DNA of 64,000 bases, taken from the NCBI GenBank assembly GCA_017546315.1, contig JAFYXH010000009.1, positions 6,390 to 70,389 on the forward strand, written 5' to 3'. The position numbers and the translations under genes were made by a program. Positions 27,448 through 39,100 of this stretch are shown here, one piece after another. The notes beneath the pieces are model-generated. The model made no database searches. It saw only the letters and a program-made list of their open reading frames with translations, and was not told the origin of the DNA. Origin of the DNA: Alphaproteobacteria bacterium (lineage in GTDB: Bacteria; Pseudomonadota; Alphaproteobacteria; RF32; CAG-239). Within the stretch, counting starts at the first letter, position 1; each line of letters starts with the position of its first letter.

Positions 27448-29655
27448 TTAATATATTTCAATAGTGTGATCAGCTGCATAGGATTTTAATTGCGGTCTTA
27501 GTGTTTTTCTTGAAGATGACAGTATATTATTTAAGTAATCTTCAATACCTTTGGCTGGTAAAGACCTAATCATTGCTTTTACTTTTCCATAAGAAGCACT
27601 TGATACAGATAAATTCCTATAACCTAAACCAATCAAAGCCATTGCATCTAGAGGAGAACTTGCCATTTCACCACATACAGAACAAGGCACATTAGCAAGA
27701 TTTGCTTCTTTTATGATTTTTTTCAGCATATTTAAGAATGGAGCTGAGAGCACATCATATCTTCCATCTAAACGTGGATTTCCCCTATCACATGCAAAGA
27801 AAAATTGATATAAGTCATTTGTTCCGATAGAAATAAAATCACAGTATTTTAGAATCTCTCGCAACTGAAAGACAACAGACGGAACTTCTATCATCATCCC
27901 TAAATTCACTTTTGATGGCATTAGAGAACCTGCTCTTTTTTCTCGTTCATATGCAAACATAAAAGTTTCTTTAGCCTCTAAAAATTCATCTAAATTAGAA
28001 ATCATCGGAAACATCACGTTCAATTCTCTACCAGATGCGGCACGAATAAATGCACGCATTTGCTTTCTTAAGATTGCACGCCTGTCTAGGGTTATACGAA
28101 TCGAACGCCACCCTATTGCTGGGTTATCTTCGGTTATAGAATTCCAGTATGGAAGAAGTTTATCTGATCCAACATCTAAACTTCTAAATATAATTTTTTT
28201 CCCATTTGCTGCATTAAATAATCTCTTATAACACTCTACTTGGGTTGATATATCGGGCATTTTTTCTGCTGACATGAATGGAATTTCTGTTCGATATAAT
28301 CCAACTCCATCACACTCTGTATTTTTTATGTTATCAAAATCAAAATCCATACCAATATTGATATATAAATTTATCCTCTCATTATCTTTGGTTTTATTTT
28401 TTAATTTCTTTAGTTTTTCTATTTGCTTTTTTTCTTTTATTTTCTCTTCTATTTTTTCTTTTATTTTTTCTATTACAGCTTTAGATGGATTTACGACCAC
28501 ACTACCTTCTTTTCCATCTACTGCGATAATACTTCCTTCTTTTACTTCTTTAAATAATCCTTCTATTCCTGCTATTACTGGAACATTTAATGTTTTTGCC
28601 ACAATAGACACGTGCATTGTTGGGGTACATTCTTCTATGATGAGGGCTCTAATTTTTTTGTAGTCATAATCCATCAAATCTGCAGGCCCCATGGAAGTTG
28701 CAATAATAACAATATCGTCAAATTCATTAAGTGTCTTACTATTACAATCTTCTCCACTTAGGTATAAACGAAGACGATCTGCAATATCCCTTAAGTCATG
28801 CATACGCTCTTTTAGATATGTATCTGTTGCACCGGATAATCTTGCTTGCATCTCTGAATATGCTTTTTCAACAGAAGCTTCTGCTGTTAAACCTAGGTTA
28901 ATATGGTTGATTATGCGTTTATACCATCCTTTATCATTGGCTATCATTCGATAAGCGTCTAATATTTCTACGTGTTCATTGTTTGCTATTTTATTTTGGC
29001 TTAATTTCACATCCAAATCTTTATTCATTTTTTGGCGAGCTACTTCTAGCTTTTGCAATTCAGTATCTTTATCTTTTGCAAAAACTACAGGCACCGCATT
29101 TCTTCTATGGTGAACAACTGCATTTCCTAATCCGTAACCAGAATTTATTATAGTTCCTTTTAGTTTATCTTTTGAAACAATACCTCTACTTTTTATTATT
29201 TTTTTCAAAAGAGCTACAACTTCTTCGGATGCAATATATTCACTTAAAAACATACATATTGTTTCTAAGCTTTCGACTTCTTCTTCGTTATATTCATGAG
29301 GTGACTGATATGAAAAATATAACACACCAACTGTTTTCCCCCAACGCTTAATTGGTGTTGCTATTTCAAAAATATCTTTACTTGAAATGAATGATATTTG
29401 ATTATCACCGCCTACTTTTCCAACTAAGCCGTCGCCTATTCTGACTGTCTTTTTATCTTCTTGCTCAGGAAAACTTGTAATTTCTTCTAATGATACATCA
29501 TCTGCTTTAATATACAACCTAACCAACAAAGCATCTGTTTCTTCTCTAATTATTTTTATCACAGAAGAAATTTTATTAGTTGTCGCATCAATAGCCTGAT
29601 TGTCATGTATGCGTTTTATAACATTTAATGCTATATTTTTTTGCAGTTTACTCAT
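27448..29655 (-). CDS. ptsP: PTS enzyme I-Ntr (GAF + EI)
   Basis: Degenerate GAF, phospho-His segment TMHVSIVA, GLYRTE, RSLDVGSDK, NPAIGWRSIR, MIEVP, GTNDL, VCGEMA. Start placed after AAGGA. Confidence 0.92.
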   Translation of the reverse strand: MSKLQKNIALNVIKRIHDNQAIDATTNKISSVIKIIREETDALLVRLYIKADDVSLEEITSFPEQEDKKTVRIGDGLVGKVGGDNQISFISSKDIFEIATPIKRWGKTVGVLYFSYQSPHEYNEEEVESLETICMFLSEYIASEEVVALLKKIIKSRGIVSKDKLKGTIINSGYGLGNAVVHHRRNAVPVVFAKDKDTELQKLEVARQKMNKDLDVKLSQNKIANNEHVEILDAYRMIANDKGWYKRIINHINLGLTAEASVEKAYSEMQARLSGATDTYLKERMHDLRDIADRLRLYLSGEDCNSKTLNEFDDIVIIATSMGPADLMDYDYKKIRALIIEECTPTMHVSIVAKTLNVPVIAGIEGLFKEVKEGSIIAVDGKEGSVVVNPSKAVIEKIKEKIEEKIKEKKQIEKLKKLKNKTKDNERINLYINIGMDFDFDNIKNTECDGVGLYRTEIPFMSAEKMPDISTQVECYKRLFNAANGKKIIFRSLDVGSDKLLPYWNSITEDNPAIGWRSIRITLDRRAILRKQMRAFIRAASGRELNVMFPMISNLDEFLEAKETFMFAYEREKRAGSLMPSKVNLGMMIEVPSVVFQLREILKYCDFISIGTNDLYQFFFACDRGNPRLDGRYDVLSAPFLNMLKKIIKEANLANVPCSVCGEMASSPLDAMALIGLGYRNLSVSSASYGKVKAMIRSLPAKGIEDYLNNILSSSRKTLRPQLKSYAADHTIEIY

Positions 29656-29749
29656 TGTCATCCTTACACAAAAAATCAACTTGTTTTTTTGTTTATATAA
29701 CTTATTATTCAATTATTCTAGTTTATTTTTTTTAAAAGGATAAAATATT

Positions 29750-30118
29750 ATGACTACTAATTACAAAAAAGGCGATAGCGATACTAGACCTTGGGGTACT
29801 TGGGAAGTATTAGAATCTTCAAACAACTATTGTGTAAAGAAAATCATTGTAAAACCCAATGCTATACTTTCTTTACAAATGCATAACTTTAGAGCTGAAC
29901 ATTGGATTATTGCAGAGGGTGAGGCTATGATTGTTTTGGGCGAAGATACTCTTTATCGCAAAAAAGACGAAGCTGTTTACATCCCTAAGCAGGCAAAGCA
30001 TCGTATAAAAAACACATCAACACAAAACGACCTAGTATTTATTGAAATTCAAACTGGTGAAACTCTTGATGAAGAAGACATTATCCGTTTTGATGATAGC
30101 TATGGAAGATTAAGCTAA
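29750..30118 (+). CDS. Stand-alone mannose-6-phosphate isomerase type II cupin domain
   Basis: RPWG, LSLQMH..RAEHW, EIQTG..L.EEDIIRFDDSYGR. Confidence 0.9.
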   Translation: MTTNYKKGDSDTRPWGTWEVLESSNNYCVKKIIVKPNAILSLQMHNFRAEHWIIAEGEAMIVLGEDTLYRKKDEAVYIPKQAKHRIKNTSTQNDLVFIEIQTGETLDEEDIIRFDDSYGRLS

Positions 30119-30215
30119 CAGACTCTTTTTGTTGAAAAAAGTAAGATTCATTTTTACATATCCCTAAAAATTCGTTATTCATTGATTGAAAGAGAACTTT
30201 TAGGGATTTTTTTAT

Positions 30216-30617
30216 ATGTATTCAGATGAACAATATGCCACAAATTTAGATGATGATATTTTGGTATCTGCATATCTAAAACCTTCAGATGATACAGCAA
30301 CTGATGGCAGTTTTTGTTGGGACTATTTTTTTAGATTTGAAAACAACTCAAATAACGACATTGTACTTTTGAGCAAGAATCTTTCAGTTATTGATGATAA
30401 AGGCAAAATGACCTCTGTAAACTATGATGGTTTTAGGGGACAACTCCCTGAACTTATCCCTGGTGATGAATTTGAAGATGATGGATACATCACATCCAAA
30501 ACTAGCGCTATTCTAAAAGGCTTTTGCACGATTAGAATCGGCAATAAAATAAAGAAGATAGAATTACCTATTATGAACTTAATTGCTAACGATAATAACG
30601 CTAGAATCGTAAATTAA
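30216..30617 (+). CDS. apaG: ApaG-like protein
   Basis: FCWDYFFRFEN...LLSKNLSVID...GFRGQLPELIPGDEFE (divergent ApaG pattern). Near hslO. Confidence 0.7.
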   Translation: MYSDEQYATNLDDDILVSAYLKPSDDTATDGSFCWDYFFRFENNSNNDIVLLSKNLSVIDDKGKMTSVNYDGFRGQLPELIPGDEFEDDGYITSKTSAILKGFCTIRIGNKIKKIELPIMNLIANDNNARIVN

Positions 30618-30644
30618 AAAAGGAGCTCAAAGCCCCTTTTTTTT
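30616..30644. terminator. Bidirectional intrinsic terminator
   Basis: AAAAAAGGAGCT-caa-AGCCCCTTTTTT between convergent genes. Confidence 0.7.
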
Positions 30645-30653
30645 AACATGTAT

Positions 30654-31268
30654 TTAGTTATATTCTTTTATTGTGTAATTATTTTTTACATACATGTTTA
30701 GGTATTCATTGATGTTTTGCTCCATGCGTTTATTAAACTCATCAAACAAATTATACACCATATCATTCCAAAGTTTTTCTTTATCATAAATCTTTGTATC
30801 TATCGGCATACGAAGTTCTCTCCAAGCATCTATAGTTGTTTCTGCTGCAGATAAATTATCTTTATCTGTTATCTTTAATACCACAGATAAGTTTGCTCTA
30901 TATTTTAATCTATCTTTACGCAATAGCTCTTCTGACTTTTCTATTTCTTCTGTAACTGATGCATCTTTGATGATGTATTCAGCTATTCTATTTGATGAAA
31001 AACCATCAGCCTTTAATCTATCTTCTGCCCACATTTTAGCAGCTTTTTCGATAGATACAGGGAACAAGTGTTCAACATTTGGACGTGTAAACGATGGCAC
31101 AAACTCTGAAGTTATGTCAATCTTTTCAATATTTAATTCTATTGGAGCATTAGTTTGAAAACGTGGTTCACTATATCTTAGAGGAACAGCATCTGTATCA
31201 GATGTTGTTGAGCAAGAAATAAGAAACAAACTAAAAAAAACTAATACTAAATTTTTTAATTTTCTCAT
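30654..31268 (-). CDS. Hypothetical lipoprotein
   Basis: MRKLKNLVLVFFSLFLISC lipobox. RBS GAGG before ATG 31268. Confidence 0.75.
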   Translation of the reverse strand: MRKLKNLVLVFFSLFLISCSTTSDTDAVPLRYSEPRFQTNAPIELNIEKIDITSEFVPSFTRPNVEHLFPVSIEKAAKMWAEDRLKADGFSSNRIAEYIIKDASVTEEIEKSEELLRKDRLKYRANLSVVLKITDKDNLSAAETTIDAWRELRMPIDTKIYDKEKLWNDMVYNLFDEFNKRMEQNINEYLNMYVKNNYTIKEYN

Positions 31269-31358
31269 AAGGTACCTCTTGTTATATGGTTCCAAAAAAT
31301 AATGGAATAATTATATTTTACCTTAGTTTATATAAAAAAACTTAATACTTATTTAATG

Positions 31359-32282
31359 TTAGTTTAGTTTTTCTAATATTTCGGATATTGTAAACTCATA
31401 ATTTTCAGAACAAAAACCACACTTTGCTGTTATTTTAGAATTTTCATCTAACATTGAGTTTAGCTCCTCTTCTTTGAAACCCCTCAATGTTTTTAATAAT
31501 TTTTCACGACTACAACGGCAAGCAAAATCATAATGATTTGTTTTTGTTACTGCTACTTGATTTGCATGATACAAGCGATATAAAATTTCGTTTAAGCTTA
31601 AATTTTCATCAAATAATTCTTCTTTTGTTAAAGAATTCATCAATACTTCAGCTTCACGACGAAGTTCTGGCAAATCTTTAACATCAACTTCTTTACCACC
31701 AAATTCAGGCACACGCTGAAGAATTATACCACCTGCTTTATATACACCATCTTCATCTTCAGGAATATCTATAAATAACTTCAACATTGTTTCTATTTGT
31801 TCAGACTTTCTGAAATATCTAAGAGCACATTCTTCTAAAGTCTTACCTTGAAGCTCTACAACACCTTGATGATAATTTGATTTGCCATCATCTATAGTAA
31901 ACGCAAGCGTTCCTGTTCCTAAAAGGTGAGGAGTTGGCTCAATCTCTCCTTCATTTTTACGAAGTGCAAATGCACGTTCTATACGCTCTAAGTCATAATT
32001 AGCACAAGCTCTTATTTGACCATTTGAAGTTATATCAACAACCAATGTTGAAACAGGACCATTGCCTTGGAGCTGAAGAGTAAACAACCCCTCAAACTTC
32101 AAAGCGTTTGCTAGCAAAACACCAAGTGCAGTTGTTTCTGCAAGGGATGCTGAAACATTTTTTATATATCCATGTTTATTGATTATTGTTTTTAACACAT
32201 TCTCTAAACGACAAATTCTACCAACATATAAACCATTGTTGATTAAAAAAGATGTACATTCATCAAAATTTTTATTAGCCAA
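31359..32282 (-). CDS. hslO: Hsp33 redox chaperone
   Basis: LQLQGNGP, YFRKSEQI, AGGIILQ, CRCS...CGFC zinc centre. Confidence 0.95.
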   Translation of the reverse strand: MANKNFDECTSFLINNGLYVGRICRLENVLKTIINKHGYIKNVSASLAETTALGVLLANALKFEGLFTLQLQGNGPVSTLVVDITSNGQIRACANYDLERIERAFALRKNEGEIEPTPHLLGTGTLAFTIDDGKSNYHQGVVELQGKTLEECALRYFRKSEQIETMLKLFIDIPEDEDGVYKAGGIILQRVPEFGGKEVDVKDLPELRREAEVLMNSLTKEELFDENLSLNEILYRLYHANQVAVTKTNHYDFACRCSREKLLKTLRGFKEEELNSMLDENSKITAKCGFCSENYEFTISEILEKLN

Positions 32283-32305
32283 TTTCTTATTCCTTTAATA
32301 TAATT

Positions 32306-32884
32306 ATGCTCGATTGTTGGCAACTTAATGTATTTAAAGGTAAATTTCAAGTGTTTAGTGAAAAAACAAAAAAAAGGACGCCTAAATTCCCAACAAAGGC
32401 TAGAATAAAGAATATTGCTCTTTATTATCTTGAGCGTTTTGAAACAAGTGAAGACAATTTACGCAATGTTTTGAAGCGTAGAATCGATAAATATGCTTTT
32501 TTTGATAAAAGCTATAACAAACAAGATGGATATACTTTAGTCGAAGAAGTTGTTAAAGAATGTATAAAAAACAATTTTGTATGTGATGAAAGATTTGCAG
32601 AATTTAAAATAAATTCGTATTTAAGAGCAGGAAAATCCAAACGTTATATTGAACAAAAACTCAAACTCAAAGGTATTAGCGAGAATATTGTTGAAAAAAT
32701 CATTATCGAATCTGAATATAATGAATTTGATGTTGCATACAATTTTGCAAAAAAGAAAAAAATCGGCCCGTTTAGAGGTTCTGAAGAAGCTAGAACTCAG
32801 TATTATCAAAAAGACCTCAGCGCTCTTGTTAGAGCAGGTTTTTCTTTTGATGTGGCAAAAGATATTTTAGATAGCACAGAATAA
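32306..32884 (+). CDS. recX: Regulatory protein RecX
   Basis: ALYYLERF..S..NLR.VL.RR, D.RFA, GKSKR.I..KL..KGI, LVRAGFS. Start may be GTG 32351. Confidence 0.85.
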   Translation: MLDCWQLNVFKGKFQVFSEKTKKRTPKFPTKARIKNIALYYLERFETSEDNLRNVLKRRIDKYAFFDKSYNKQDGYTLVEEVVKECIKNNFVCDERFAEFKINSYLRAGKSKRYIEQKLKLKGISENIVEKIIIESEYNEFDVAYNFAKKKKIGPFRGSEEARTQYYQKDLSALVRAGFSFDVAKDILDSTE

Positions 32885-32888
32885 GTGC

Positions 32889-33926
32889 CTACATGAGCCA
32901 TTTTAATATTTTAATTACCCCCATTTTAGCAACGCTGTTATGTGCTGAAACATCTTTTCTTTTTAATATTTCTTCTTTGTTATTATGATAAAACTCGTAA
33001 GCTCTATATAACATTTCTTCATTTGTCATGGTTGGACAGAATCCTAATTTTTGTTTTATTTTAGTTGTATCAAAAACAAAAGAAGATGCTATCATTTTGT
33101 ATTGATATGGTCCTAACGGAGATATTCCCAACCAAAAACAAATCTTCATGGCAAAAATCATTGGTAATTTAGGAAAATGAATAAGCCTTGTTTTGGAATT
33201 AGAACGCTTAATCACATACTCATAAACTTCATTAAAACTCTTAACATCATCAGAGCCGATATTGAATATATCTGTATAATCAGCTTTTAGGGCTAATTCA
33301 AAAGCTTTAACTAAGTCTTTTGCATAAATAAATTGGTAACGGTTTTGCCCATTTCCAACCATTGGAAGCTTTCTGTCCTCATCAATAAACTCGAATAATA
33401 TACTTAATAACCCCAGACGCCCCTCATCCATAATAGTTGGGGAGCGAAAGACGATGCTATTTATTTTATCTTTATAGGAAAATAATATCTTTTCTGCTTC
33501 TAACTTTGATTTACCATACACTTCAACAGGAGCGGGGTTTTCTTCTTCTGATACATTAGTTTCAAAATTTTTTGCCCATAAACAGTTGCTTGAGATAAAG
33601 ACAATTTTTTTTACATTATTTCTTTTTGCATATTCGCAAACGTTTTTTGTTCCATCTACATTAGCATGCCATAATTTTTTTAAATCTTTTTTGACATGAG
33701 CAAGAAGTGCTGCACAATGAAATATTGCATCAAACCGGTGAGCTTTAAAAATCTCATCCATCAAAACATTATCATTTATGTCTCCTTGGTATGATACAAA
33801 ATTTTGATGGTTAAAATTATCTGGCTCCAAATCTATACTAACACATTTCGCACCTTGCTCTAAAAAGTATTTTTTTAATATAGAACCAAAAAAACCAGCT
33901 CCACCAGTAATAAGATAACACGCCAT
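32889..33926 (-). CDS. NAD-dependent epimerase/dehydratase
   Basis: ITGGAGFFG, HCAA, NVDGT, YGKSK. Confidence 0.9.
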   Translation of the reverse strand: MACYLITGGAGFFGSILKKYFLEQGAKCVSIDLEPDNFNHQNFVSYQGDINDNVLMDEIFKAHRFDAIFHCAALLAHVKKDLKKLWHANVDGTKNVCEYAKRNNVKKIVFISSNCLWAKNFETNVSEEENPAPVEVYGKSKLEAEKILFSYKDKINSIVFRSPTIMDEGRLGLLSILFEFIDEDRKLPMVGNGQNRYQFIYAKDLVKAFELALKADYTDIFNIGSDDVKSFNEVYEYVIKRSNSKTRLIHFPKLPMIFAMKICFWLGISPLGPYQYKMIASSFVFDTTKIKQKLGFCPTMTNEEMLYRAYEFYHNNKEEILKRKDVSAHNSVAKMGVIKILKWLM

Positions 33927-34035
33927 TTCATTCTCCTTAGTATTTTGGTGTAGTGTAAAATAATATGATTAAAAAATCCATAAATAAAAAAAGTACTACA
34001 TATACTATTTAAGAATCACACAAAAACACTATCAT

Positions 34036-36117
34036 TTAGCCGGCAAGATATGTTTTTACAGCTTCGTTTTGTTCAAATAAATAAAGAAGAACTTTCAAGG
34101 CTTCGCCTCGTTTTGTTTCTAGCTTGGGGTCTGTTTTTAAGATGTTTTTAGCATCATCTCTTGCCTTTATTAGTAAATCTTGATGGTATTCCATATCTGC
34201 AATCTTAAATGATGTAAAACCGGATTGACGAGTTCCTAAAATTTCCCCACCGCCACGAAGCTCTAAATCCTTTTCTGCAATATAGAATCCATCTTCTGTT
34301 TGTTTCATAACATTTAGTCGTTCTTTTGAAATATTACTTATGGGGTAAGAATACATCAACATACAAACACCTTCTTCAAACCCTCTTTTAATACGCCCTC
34401 TAAGTTGATGTAATTGAGCTAAACCAAAACGCTCGGCATGCTCTATTATCATAATAGTCGCCTCAGGAATATTAACCCCTACTTCTATCACTGTTGTTGC
34501 AACTAAAAGACTTTTTTTACCTTGCTTAAATTCATCCATAACAGCATCTTTTTCATCTTCTTTCATTTTTCCATGAATAAGAGCTACTTTATCACCAAAA
34601 TATTCTTCCAACACTTCAAAACGTTTTGTTGCTGCAAAAAGATCTTGTTTTTCGCTTTCTTCAACCAGGGGACAAACCCAATATGCACGAGCTCCTTCTG
34701 ATATTTTCCGCTCTAATGCGGTAATAACTTCTGGAATTTTATTTATATTCATCACAACTGTTTTTGATGGTTTTCTACCTTTGGGTAGTTCTGTTATTTT
34801 TGAGTAATCCATATCTCCGTATGCAGTTAGAAGTAGACTCCTTGGAATTGGGGTTGCGGTCATAACCAAAACATCACATTTTTTACCTTTTGAAGACAAG
34901 GATAAACGCTGTTGAACACCAAAACGATGTTGTTCATCTATAACCACAAAACCCAAATCTTTAAACTCTACATTATCTGCAAATAAAGCATGAGTTCCAA
35001 TTAAGATATCTATCTTTCCTAAAGCTAAATTCTCATATATTTCTTTTTTTTGTTTTGCCTTTAATTTACCTGTTAAAAGAGCTACTTTTATATCTGTATT
35101 TTGGGTCAGAGATGTTATTGTTTCATAATGTTGTTTTGCTAAAATTTCTGTTGGAGCCATTAAAGCTGCTTGCACCCCATCTTCTATAACTTTTACCATA
35201 CTTAAAAGAGCTACAACAGTTTTTCCTGAACCAACATCTCCTTGAACCAAACGCAACATCCGATAGTTCATTTCTTGATCTTGCTTTATCTCTTCTAATA
35301 CCTCCATTTGCGATTTTGTTAACTCAAATGGGAGGGATGATATTATTTTTTGATATAACGTCCCTGTTCCTTTAAAAGACCGACCTTGTTGTTGTTTTGA
35401 TTTTTGACGGATAAAAGCTAAAGCTAATTGATTTGATAAAATCTCATCATATGCAAGTCTTCTTCTAGCTATCGAGTTAGGAGATAAGTCGCTTTCTTTT
35501 TGAGGAAAATGAACACTTTTTAGCGCATCTTTAAAACTAACATTATTTAGATCTTTTAATCCCCCTGCATCTAACCATTCTGGCAAATTAGGAATCCTTG
35601 ACAAGGCATCTCTTAGTATTTTAGAAATCATCTTATTTGTTGTGCCTGCTGTTAGAGGGTAAATAGGTTCTTTTGTTAAGATATCATTTATTCTATTTTC
35701 TGGAACAACAAAGTCTGGATGTGTCATTTGCCACATACCATTAAAATATTCTATTTTACCACTTATGGCACGCCTTTCCCCTATGGGGTAATTTTTAACT
35801 ATCGAATCTTTATATACCTTAAAAAACACAAGAACTAACTCTGTTGTTCCATCACTGCAATATATTCTATATGGATGTTTTGACGTTTGAGGTGGAACAT
35901 GCTTGGTGATTGATACAACACCTGTCCAAATTTTATTATTTATTGCTTTAGATAAAGGTGAGGTATACGTTCTATCTATTATGTTGTATGGAAAATGAAA
36001 TAACGCATCAACAACCTTTTGGCCACAAAGATTTCCTATGAGCTTTTGAGTTTTTGTTCCAACTCCTTTTAGAGAATCAATAGATGAAAAAAGCGGATAT
36101 AAAATACTTGGACGCAT
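34036..36117 (-). CDS. recG: ATP-dependent DNA helicase RecG
   Basis: QGDVGSGKT, IDEQHRFGV, MTATPIPR, QLHQLRGR, TRG motif DLELRGGGEILGTRQSG. Confidence 0.97.
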   Translation of the reverse strand: MRPSILYPLFSSIDSLKGVGTKTQKLIGNLCGQKVVDALFHFPYNIIDRTYTSPLSKAINNKIWTGVVSITKHVPPQTSKHPYRIYCSDGTTELVLVFFKVYKDSIVKNYPIGERRAISGKIEYFNGMWQMTHPDFVVPENRINDILTKEPIYPLTAGTTNKMISKILRDALSRIPNLPEWLDAGGLKDLNNVSFKDALKSVHFPQKESDLSPNSIARRRLAYDEILSNQLALAFIRQKSKQQQGRSFKGTGTLYQKIISSLPFELTKSQMEVLEEIKQDQEMNYRMLRLVQGDVGSGKTVVALLSMVKVIEDGVQAALMAPTEILAKQHYETITSLTQNTDIKVALLTGKLKAKQKKEIYENLALGKIDILIGTHALFADNVEFKDLGFVVIDEQHRFGVQQRLSLSSKGKKCDVLVMTATPIPRSLLLTAYGDMDYSKITELPKGRKPSKTVVMNINKIPEVITALERKISEGARAYWVCPLVEESEKQDLFAATKRFEVLEEYFGDKVALIHGKMKEDEKDAVMDEFKQGKKSLLVATTVIEVGVNIPEATIMIIEHAERFGLAQLHQLRGRIKRGFEEGVCMLMYSYPISNISKERLNVMKQTEDGFYIAEKDLELRGGGEILGTRQSGFTSFKIADMEYHQDLLIKARDDAKNILKTDPKLETKRGEALKVLLYLFEQNEAVKTYLAG

Positions 36118-36187
36118 TATTTTAAGCTCTTTACAAATTAAGGGTTTAGGATTATGTTCTATTTATGTTTAACAGAATAGTCGAAAA

Positions 36188-39100
36188 ATGTCTATAAATT
36201 TTGATACATGCAACAAAAAAACATTATGCTCTATTGCAAAAGATGCTGAAGCTTTTGCTATTGTTGATTTGTTTTTATCTTCTAAACAAGATTTGTTATG
36301 TATTTTAAGCGACGGCATAACCTTAAAACAAATTCATGAGGCTATTTCTTTTATAAACCCTGATATTGATGTATTGACTTTTCCTAATTGGGATACTGTT
36401 CCTTACGATAGAGTATCTCCAAACCCTAGTATATTATCACAAAGAATCGATACTTTATCAAAACTTGTTTTGGATACTGATAATAAAAAAAAGAAAATAA
36501 TTCTTACAACCGTTGGTGCGGTTATACAAAAATTACCTCCTAAAAAAATATTTCTAAATGCTAGGAAAATAATTAAAGTTGGAGATAAATTATCTTTTGA
36601 TGATTTTATTCATTATGTATCTGTAAATGGATATTTAAGAGTTGAACAAGTTATGGAATCGGGAGAATATGCCGTTAGAGGTGATATTATCGATATATTC
36701 CCTAGTGGTGCAGAAAAACCATTGAGAATAGACTTGTTTGATGATGAGGTGGAACGTTTAAGAATTTTTGAAATTGAAACTCAACGTAGTATTTGTGAAT
36801 TGAAATTCTTCAAATTTGATAGTGCTAATGAAGTTATATTAGATAAAAATACCATCAAGTCTTTTCGCTCAAAATACCGCGAAGCATTTGGAAGCTTAGG
36901 GATTAAAGATGAGATTTATGAAAGCATTTCTCAGGGTAAAAAATATATTGGCATGGAAAATTGGTTACCATTTTTTTATGACGAAGAATTACCAAGCTTA
37001 TTTAACTATATTCCTTTAGCAAATGTTTTGTTGGGTTTGGATATTGAAAATGCTTTAAAATCAAAGATAGAGACAATCACTGATCACTTTCAAGCAAGAT
37101 TAGATGCTTTAAAAATTAAGGATAGCACTGAAATAGATAAATATAGACCAGTTAATCCAAATGAAATGTATATTGAAGAAAGAGAATTTAGAGAAAAAAT
37201 TTCATCTCGAAATTTCATATCACTTTCTAGCTTAGTCTTACCAGAAAGTGATGACATTATCAGCTATAATACCCTTCCTCAAAAAAAATATGCCACATTA
37301 AAAAATATAAATAATTTATCTGTCTATCAGGAGCTTAATTCAGACTTTTCAAACAACAAAAATAAGAAAAGAATCGTTTGTTGCTACACGGAAGGCTCAA
37401 TGGATAGAATGCACAATATGTTTATTGAAAATGATATTAAAAATCTTCATATTGCTGCTAGCTTTTCTGATGCTATCAAAATGTCGCAAAAAGGAAAAAT
37501 TGTCTTTTGCTTATTGGGACTTCAACACGGTTTTAGTAGTGATGACTATTTTATTGTGAGTGAGCAAGATATTTGGGGTGAAAGAAAAAACATTCATTCA
37601 AGAAAAAAAGTTAGTGCTGAAAATTTAATTGCAGATATATCATCTTTAAATATTGGTGAATATATCGTTCATATTGAACATGGTGTTGCTCGATTTGAAG
37701 GCTTAGAAAATATTATCACAGATGGCGTTCAGCATGATTGCTTAAAACTTATTTATGCCAATAATGATAAATTGTATGTTCCGGTTGAAAATATTGATGT
37801 TATTACTCGGTATGGAGCTGAAGATAGTAATGTAAAACTTGATGTACTAGGTGGAAGTGCATGGGAAGCTAAAAAAGCAAAAGTTAAAGAAAAAATCAGG
37901 GATATTGCAAATAAACTCATCAAGATTGCTGCAGAAAGAAAAATGAAAAAAGCAGATATATTTATCCCAGAAAGAGGACTTTATGATGAGTTTTGTAGCA
38001 GATTTCCATATAGCGAAACTGATGACCAAATAAATGCTATAAATGATGTAATAAAAGATTTATCATTAGGAATGCCTATGGATAGACTTATTTGTGGTGA
38101 TGTTGGTTTTGGGAAAACAGAAGTTGCTATAAGAGCCTCTTTTAATGTTGCGATGGGAGGTGGTCAAGTTGCTCTTATTGTTCCAACGACTCTTCTTGCT
38201 CGTCAACATTATCTTAATTTCAAAGAGCGTCTAAAAGGCTTCCCTATTAAGGTTAGAATGCTGTCTAGACTTACAAGTGCAAAAGAAATAAAAGAGATAA
38301 AAAATGGTATAAAGAATGGCGAAATTGAGATTGTGATTGGAACTCATGCACTTTTAGCCAAAGATATAGAATTTTCTAATTTGGGGCTACTTATTATTGA
38401 TGAAGAGCAACATTTTGGAGTGCAACATAAAGAAAAATTAAAACAATTAAAAGCTGATATTCATATTCTAACATTAAGTGCAACACCAATACCTAGAACA
38501 CTTCAACTATCTTTAACGGGGGTTAAACAGCTAAGTATAATTGCAACACCTCCAGTTGATAGATTGGCGGCAAGAACTTTTGTTATGCCTTTTGACAAGA
38601 TGATGATTAAAGAAGCAATTTATCGTGAAAAATATAGAGGCGGACAAATATTTTTTGTTTGTCCTAGGGTTTCTGATATAGCTCAAATAGAACCCAAACT
38701 TAGAGAAATTGCTCCTGATATCAAAATAAGTATTGCTCACGGCCAAATGTCTGCCTCTAGTTTAGAGGATGTGATGTGTCAATTTGCAGACGGGAAAGCT
38801 GATATTTTACTATCTACCACCATAATAGAATCTGGAATTGATATGCCAAATGTTAATACTATGATTATTTATCGAGCTGATATGTTTGGGCTTGCTCAAC
38901 TTTATCAATTGCGTGGTAGAATCGGTCGTTCAAAACAAAGAGGTTATTGCTATTTTACAATTCCTAATCAGAAAAAACTAACTGATGTTGCTAAGAAGAG
39001 ATTAGATATTTTACAAGCACTAAATCAATTGGGTGCGGGATTTTCTTTAGCGAATCACGATTTAGATATTAGAGGAGCTGGAAATATTTTGGGTATTGAG

